Notes under the pieces: model-generated
The model's input: only the letters and a program-made list of their open reading frames with translations
Database searches by the model: none
Told to the model about the DNA's origin: nothing
In this document: positions 59,153-64,000 of the stretch, one piece after another
How positions within the stretch are numbered: the stretch's first letter is position 1
Layout of the letters: every line of letters begins with the position of its first letter
Program-made: the position numbers and the translations under genes
DNA from: Acidobacteriota bacterium
GTDB taxonomy: Bacteria > Acidobacteriota > Thermoanaerobaculia > Multivoradales > UBA5704
Direction of reading: 5' to 3'
NCBI GenBank assembly: GCA_040349255.1
Contig: JBEQUE010000051.1
Location: 1,599-65,598, forward strand
Length of the DNA: 64,000 bases

Positions 59153-60190
59153 ATGCAGACCACCCGCCGCCAGGCGCTCGCCGGCGCCGCCGCGCTGGCC
59201 CTCGCCCGACCGCTCTCAGCGCTCCAGCCCAAGGGAACGGCCCTCCGGAAGCCCGGCCGTCTTCGCCCAGGAGATACCGTCGGCCTCGTGAACCCGGCCG
59301 GCGTCACCTGGGAGCCGGTGAACGTCGACATCGTGGCCGAGTCGCTGGCCGCGCTCGGGTTCCGGACGAAGCGCGGGCCGAATCTGCTCGCGCGCCGCGG
59401 CTACTTCGCGGGCACGGACGAGCAGCGCGCCTCCGATCTCAACGCCATGTTCGCGGACCCCGAGGTGCGGGCCATCCACTGTGTCCGCGGCGGCTGGGGA
59501 TGCGCCCGCATCCTGCCGCTCCTCGACTGGAAGGCCATCGAACGCAACCCCAAGATCCTGCTCGGCTACAGCGACATCACCGCGCTCCTGCTCTCGCTCC
59601 ACGCGCGGACCGGCCTCGCGACCTTCCACGGCCCGGTCGGGAGCTCGCGGTGGAACCCGTTCAACGTCGGCTGGATGAAGCGCGTGCTCCAGGACGGCGA
59701 GGCGGTCACGTTCGAGAACCTGAAGGAGATCGAAGAGGACGACCTCGTCCAGACCCGGAACCGGACGCAGACGCTCCGGCCCGGTATCGGGCAAGGCCGG
59801 CTGCTCGGCGGCAACCTCACGGTGCTGACCAGCCTCGTCGGCTCGGGTTACCTGCCGGAGTGGGACGGTTGCATCCTCTTCCTGGAGGACGTCGAGGAGG
59901 CGCCCTACCGCATCGACCGGATGCTCACCCAGCTCCGGCTCGCGGGCATCCTCGGGAAGGCGAAGGCCGTGATCTGGGGCCACTGCTCCGACTGCGATCC
60001 CGGCGAAGGCTACGGCTCGCTCACGGTGACCGACGTGCTCCAGGACCACCTCCTGCCGCTCGGGGTCCCCGCCTGGTCGGGCGCCATGATCGGACATATC
60101 GAGAAGCAGTTCACGCTGCCCGTGGGCATCGAGGTCGAGGTGGACGCCTCGGCCGGCACCATCAAGATGCTGGAAGCCGCGGTTTGGTGA
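59153..60190 (+). CDS. LD-carboxypeptidase (peptidase S66) with a Tat-like signal
   Basis: TRRQAL signal, RGGWG, GYSDIT, GGNL, LED, IGH. Confidence 0.9.
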   Translation: MQTTRRQALAGAAALALARPLSALQPKGTALRKPGRLRPGDTVGLVNPAGVTWEPVNVDIVAESLAALGFRTKRGPNLLARRGYFAGTDEQRASDLNAMFADPEVRAIHCVRGGWGCARILPLLDWKAIERNPKILLGYSDITALLLSLHARTGLATFHGPVGSSRWNPFNVGWMKRVLQDGEAVTFENLKEIEEDDLVQTRNRTQTLRPGIGQGRLLGGNLTVLTSLVGSGYLPEWDGCILFLEDVEEAPYRIDRMLTQLRLAGILGKAKAVIWGHCSDCDPGEGYGSLTVTDVLQDHLLPLGVPAWSGAMIGHIEKQFTLPVGIEVEVDASAGTIKMLEAAVW

Positions 60191-60966
60191 TGCTCCGGAC
60201 CGTCTGCGCCACCCGCTACGTGACCCCTCTCAAGGAGGGCGGCTCGCTGCCGGCGATCGTCGAGGCCGACGACCTCGGCATGTACGTGCTCAAGTTCCGC
60301 GGCGCGGGCCAGGGAACGCTCGCGCTGGTGGCCGAGCTGATCGCGGGCGAGATCGGCCGGACGCTCGGCTTCAAGGTGCCCGAGCTGGTCCTCATGGAGG
60401 TCGACGCTGCGCTCGGCCGCAACGAGGAGGACCCGGAGATCCGCGACCTCCTGAAGGGAAGCGTGGGGATCAACCTGGCGCTCGACTACCTGCCGGGCTC
60501 GGCCACGTTCGACGCCGCGGCCGACCGCGTCGAGGCCGATCTCGCCGCGGACACGGTCTGGTTCGACGCCTTCGTCACCAACGTGGACCGCACGCCGCGC
60601 AACCCCAATCTGCTCTGGTGGCACCGCACGCTCTACCTGATCGACCACGGCGCCGCGCTCTACTTCCATCACAGTTGGCCCAGCCTGGAGACCATGGCCG
60701 AGAGCCGCTTCGCGGCGGTCCGCGACCACGTGCTGCTGCCCTGGGCGAGCCCGCTCGAAGAGGCCGACCGGCGCCTGCGTCCGAAGCTCGGCGAGGACCT
60801 GTTCCGGGAGATCGTCGGGCAGATCCCGGAGGACTGGCTGGTGCCGGAAGGCAGCTCCGACTCCCCGACCGACCGCCGCGCCGGCTACGTCGACTTCCTG
60901 ACGCGACGTCTGATGTCGCCCGGGTTCCTGGAGGAGGCGGTGAATGCCCGCACGAAGCTCGTTTGA
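60190..60966 (+). CDS. HipA-like kinase
   Basis: EGGSLPAIV, YVLKFRG, AELIA, NVDRTPRNPNLL, LIDHG. Confidence 0.85.
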   Translation: MLRTVCATRYVTPLKEGGSLPAIVEADDLGMYVLKFRGAGQGTLALVAELIAGEIGRTLGFKVPELVLMEVDAALGRNEEDPEIRDLLKGSVGINLALDYLPGSATFDAAADRVEADLAADTVWFDAFVTNVDRTPRNPNLLWWHRTLYLIDHGAALYFHHSWPSLETMAESRFAAVRDHVLLPWASPLEEADRRLRPKLGEDLFREIVGQIPEDWLVPEGSSDSPTDRRAGYVDFLTRRLMSPGFLEEAVNARTKLV

Positions 60967-61351
60967 CTACGCGGTCATCCGGGTGGTGCCGCGCGTCGAG
61001 CGCGGCGAGAGCATCAACGCTGGCGTCATCCTCTTCTGCCTGGGGAAGGATTTCCTCAAGGCCCGCGTCGAGGTCGACGAGCCGCGCCTGCGCGCGCTCT
61101 GGCCCGGGATCGACATGGACCTCGTGCGCCGGCACCTCGAAGCCATCCCGAAGATCTGCGACGGAGCGCCCGACGCCGGTCCGATCGGGCGCCTGACGCT
61201 GCGCGAGCGCTTCCGCTGGCTGGTGGCGCCGCGCAGCACGATCATCCAGGTCTCGCCGGTCCACGCCGGGCTCTGCGACCACCCGGAGAAGGCGCTCGAC
61301 GACCTGTTCCACAAGGCGGTGCGGCTACCCGGAGGGGCTCAGGACGGATAG
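60944..61351 (+). CDS. DUF3037-domain protein
   Basis: FDYAVIRVVPRVERGESINAGVIL..RFRWLVAPRSTIIQ; overlaps the kinase gene. Confidence 0.85.
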   Translation: MPARSSFDYAVIRVVPRVERGESINAGVILFCLGKDFLKARVEVDEPRLRALWPGIDMDLVRRHLEAIPKICDGAPDAGPIGRLTLRERFRWLVAPRSTIIQVSPVHAGLCDHPEKALDDLFHKAVRLPGGAQDG

Positions 61352-61836
61352 CGGGTGAAGCTGTAGAACTCCATGCCGGCGGGCCCGATGCCGCCCATGT
61401 CCTCGATCCAGCCGAGGGCGGCCGAGCCTCCCGCATACCCGCGCGGCAGCTCGGCGTAGGTGAAGCCCTCGAAGACCCAGCCGAGCGCGCGGCGGCGCAG
61501 CTCCAGGGTGACCAGGGCGCTGGTCTGGATCTCCTCCCAGGCCTCGACGTCCAGCCAGGAGAGGTCGATCAGGTAGGTCGCGAGCGCCGCGGACTCCTGG
61601 AAGTCGAGCTCCTCGACCCGCACGAGATGGAGCGCCGGCCGGTCGATCCTCGGCTCCAGCTCCAGCAGCCGGGCGAGAAAGACCTCCCGCTCCAGGAAGC
61701 GGCCCTTCACGTTGAACGACCGGACCCTCGCGAAGAGTCCCTCCAGCCGGGGGCGGGATTTCGCCTCCAGCCCCTCCTGGGCCTGAAGCAGAAGGTCCCG
61801 CAGCCGCGCCAGCACGGCGGCGTCCGGATCTCTCAT
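61339..61836 (-). CDS. Hypothetical protein, possibly NTF2/SnoaL-like fold plus a C-terminal tail
   Basis: ATGA overlap with the aminotransferase stop; helix-then-strand pattern; the fold is a guess. Confidence 0.55.
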   Translation of the reverse strand: MRDPDAAVLARLRDLLLQAQEGLEAKSRPRLEGLFARVRSFNVKGRFLEREVFLARLLELEPRIDRPALHLVRVEELDFQESAALATYLIDLSWLDVEAWEEIQTSALVTLELRRRALGWVFEGFTYAELPRGYAGGSAALGWIEDMGGIGPAGMEFYSFTRYPS

Positions 61837-63017
61837 GGTCTCTCTCCGATCTTCTCCCGGATGCGGCCCGCGGCCTCGTGGATGCGGCAGATGCAGTCAC
61901 AGATCCGGCTCACCTCGTCCTCCTCCTGATGGGAGCTGATCGGCAGGCAGAGGACCGAGCCCGCGACCGCCTCCGCCGTCCGCGGCCGCCGGCCGGGCGA
62001 TACTGCGTCGCGCAGCCCCGGATGGGCCGACAGGTCCGGCGACAGCATGGCACGGCCGAGCACGTTGTCCGCCGCCAGCGCCGCCAAGAGCCCGTCCCGG
62101 CTCAGCCCGAACCGCTCGCTCACGCGGACCGCGAAATTGACGTGGTTGGACCGGTCGCCAGGATCGGTCCTCTGGAAACCCAGGCCCGGCACGCCTCCCA
62201 GGCGCTCCCGGTACAGCCCGGCCAATCCCGCTCTATGCCCGATCCAGGACTCCAGCCGGTCCATCCCCCACAGCCCCAGGATGGCCGGGATCTCCGCCAT
62301 CTTGCCGTTGATGCCGCCCGGGCTGCGAACCACCCGGTCCTCGCCGAGGCCGAAGTTGAGCCGTTGCCGGGCCTCGCGGGCCAGCGACTCGTCGCGGGTG
62401 GCGATCAGACCGCCCTCGCCGCATGCCACGAGCTTGGTGGCGTGCAGGCTGACGGCCTCGGCATCGCCGAAGCCTCCCACCTTCCTGCCGCGCCGCTCGC
62501 TGCCCAGACCATGCGCGGAATCATAGATTACCCGGCATCCGGAAGCCGCCGCCAGCGCCTCCAGCTCCTCGGCCCGGGGCGGGGTTCCATAGACGTTGAC
62601 CGGCACCACGCAGTCCACCCCGCCGAGAACGTCCGGAGCGAGGGCCTCCGGAGCCAGGCACCAGGAGCCCTCGTCCACGTCGGCGAGCACCGCCCGGCCG
62701 CCCTGGACGGCGAACGCTTGGACGGTGGCCGGGAAGGTGTAGGCGGGCACCAGCGCGCGGGCGCCCGGCCCCAGCAGGCAGCCCGCCGCGAGTTGGAGCG
62801 CCGTGGTGCCGCTCGCCACGCAGACGCAATGCACCCCGAGGTACTCCTCCAGGCGCTCCTCCAGCCGGCGCACGAACGGCCCGTGGTTGGTGAGGCAGCG
62901 GTTGTCCAGAGCCGCCCGGAGAGGCTCGGCGATCTCCGAGAGGTCCGGCAGGGTGGACTGGACGTGGAGGATGGGCCGCGGGAACGCCGGAACGCCGCTC
63001 AGGATCCCCGGCTTCAT
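61833..63017 (-). CDS. DegT/DnrJ/EryC1/StrS PLP-dependent sugar aminotransferase
   Basis: SGTTAL, TFPAT, YDSAHG, SLHATK..GEGG, GINGKM. Confidence 0.9.
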   Translation of the reverse strand: MKPGILSGVPAFPRPILHVQSTLPDLSEIAEPLRAALDNRCLTNHGPFVRRLEERLEEYLGVHCVCVASGTTALQLAAGCLLGPGARALVPAYTFPATVQAFAVQGGRAVLADVDEGSWCLAPEALAPDVLGGVDCVVPVNVYGTPPRAEELEALAAASGCRVIYDSAHGLGSERRGRKVGGFGDAEAVSLHATKLVACGEGGLIATRDESLAREARQRLNFGLGEDRVVRSPGGINGKMAEIPAILGLWGMDRLESWIGHRAGLAGLYRERLGGVPGLGFQRTDPGDRSNHVNFAVRVSERFGLSRDGLLAALAADNVLGRAMLSPDLSAHPGLRDAVSPGRRPRTAEAVAGSVLCLPISSHQEEDEVSRICDCICRIHEAAGRIREKIGERP

Positions 63018-64000
63018 GCCGCCACCGCCCGCTCCGCCGCGTCGCGCACGAGGTCGGCGAGGAGCGCGGCGCCATGGCGCACGGGGCTCTCCAGCCGGTC
63101 CAGGTCCTCCACCCAGGCCGGCCGCGGGCGCTCGGCCATCCAGGACCGGGCCAGGGCGAGGGCGTCCTCCCATCCGGAAAGATAGTGGACGTACGGGCGC
63201 AGGTCGTCGTCCAGGAAGCACTCGGGCACGCCGCCGGCCACGGGCACGGCGATCGCCGGCGTGCCCACGGCCAGGGTCTCCACGATCTGCTGGAAGCCGT
63301 TCTTGCAGAAGACCAGCGCCGAGGAGGCGAGGCAGGCGCGGAACTCCCCGTCGGTCGGGAACGGCACGAAGCTCAGCCGCCGGCCGGCGGCGCGCTCCGC
63401 GAAGTCGCGGCGCTGGGCGTCGGAAAGCCCGGTCGAGATCAGGCGCGCCGTGGTGCCGGCGGGCAGGCGGGCCAGGAAGTCGAGGCCCAGGCGGGCGATG
63501 TGCGGGTCGTAGCCGAAGATCGTCAGGTCCGTCCGTTCCGCCGGCGCGGCAGGCGCGCCTGGCAGCAACGGCGGCGCCACGGCCAGGCTCGGAGAGAGGC
63601 GTCCCAGCCGGCCGTCGAACGGGATGCCCACGAGGAGCCAGCGGTCGACCTGGGGCGAGGAGCGGGCCAGCGACTCGTGCTGCCAGCGGCTCAGGTGGTC
63701 GTCGATGCCGACCTGCGGGATGCCGAGCTCGCGGGCCACCCGCGACGCCCGCCGGAGCAGGCCGTTCAGCGGGTTGTCGCCGAGCACGACGACGTCGGGC
63801 CGCAACCGGGCCAGGAGGCGGCGCAGGGCGTGGGCCTGGTAGAGCAGCGGCAGCCCCTGGCCGAGCGCCACCCGCGGCAGGTTCAGGGCCGGCAGGGCGG
63901 AGAGACGGTCGGACGCCCGCCAGAAGCGCTCGCCGGCGGCCATCCGCCACGGCCCCTCCAGCCGGCCCCAGGAGTCGTAGCGCGGCAGGCGCGCGGCGAC
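63014..64000 (-). CDS. GT-B glycosyltransferase-like protein; 5' end probably outside the window
   Basis: RPDVVVLGD, FCKNGFQQIVETLAVGTPAIAVP; the frame stays open from the ATG at 63943 to the window edge. Confidence 0.65.
   Translation of the reverse strand, partial: VAARLPRYDSWGRLEGPWRMAAGERFWRASDRLSALPALNLPRVALGQGLPLLYQAHALRRLLARLRPDVVVLGDNPLNGLLRRASRVARELGIPQVGIDDHLSRWQHESLARSSPQVDRWLLVGIPFDGRLGRLSPSLAVAPPLLPGAPAAPAERTDLTIFGYDPHIARLGLDFLARLPAGTTARLISTGLSDAQRRDFAERAAGRRLSFVPFPTDGEFRACLASSALVFCKNGFQQIVETLAVGTPAIAVPVAGGVPECFLDDDLRPYVHYLSGWEDALALARSWMAERPRPAWVEDLDRLESPVRHGAALLADLVRDAAERAVAA

Overview
A 64 kb window of high-GC bacterial chromosome from a diderm organism; gene content and style suggest Acidobacteriota, which is an inference. 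Most of it is housekeeping: two tandem M48 membrane metalloproteases, addB-addA, pilT-pilC-pilS-pilR, kdsB-pyrG-kdsA-kdsD-kdsC-lpxL, cstA, three APC permeases, pfkA, hsp20, a peptide ABC transporter, queA, a methylmalonyl-CoA mutase subunit, a GGDEF-EAL protein and a Gld-like ABC operon. It also has three type II toxin-antitoxin pairs, a HipA-like kinase/DUF3037 pair, a decayed lower-GC islet with an ImmA/IrrE remnant, and the end of a sugar aminotransferase/glycosyltransferase cluster at the right edge. I found no rRNA, tRNA, CRISPR array, integrase or transposase. The least explained signals are non-coding. They are a ~26-unit phased 20-bp array with a palindromic core (29054-29573), a 7 x 42-bp hairpin-plus-T-tract array (53082-53375) and a repeated motif upstream of hsp20 that is neither CIRCE nor HAIR. 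There are also -10 boxes just before about 12 start codons (possible leaderless transcripts) and two consecutive genes that appear to need CTG starts. All calls come from reading the sequence; no searches were run.
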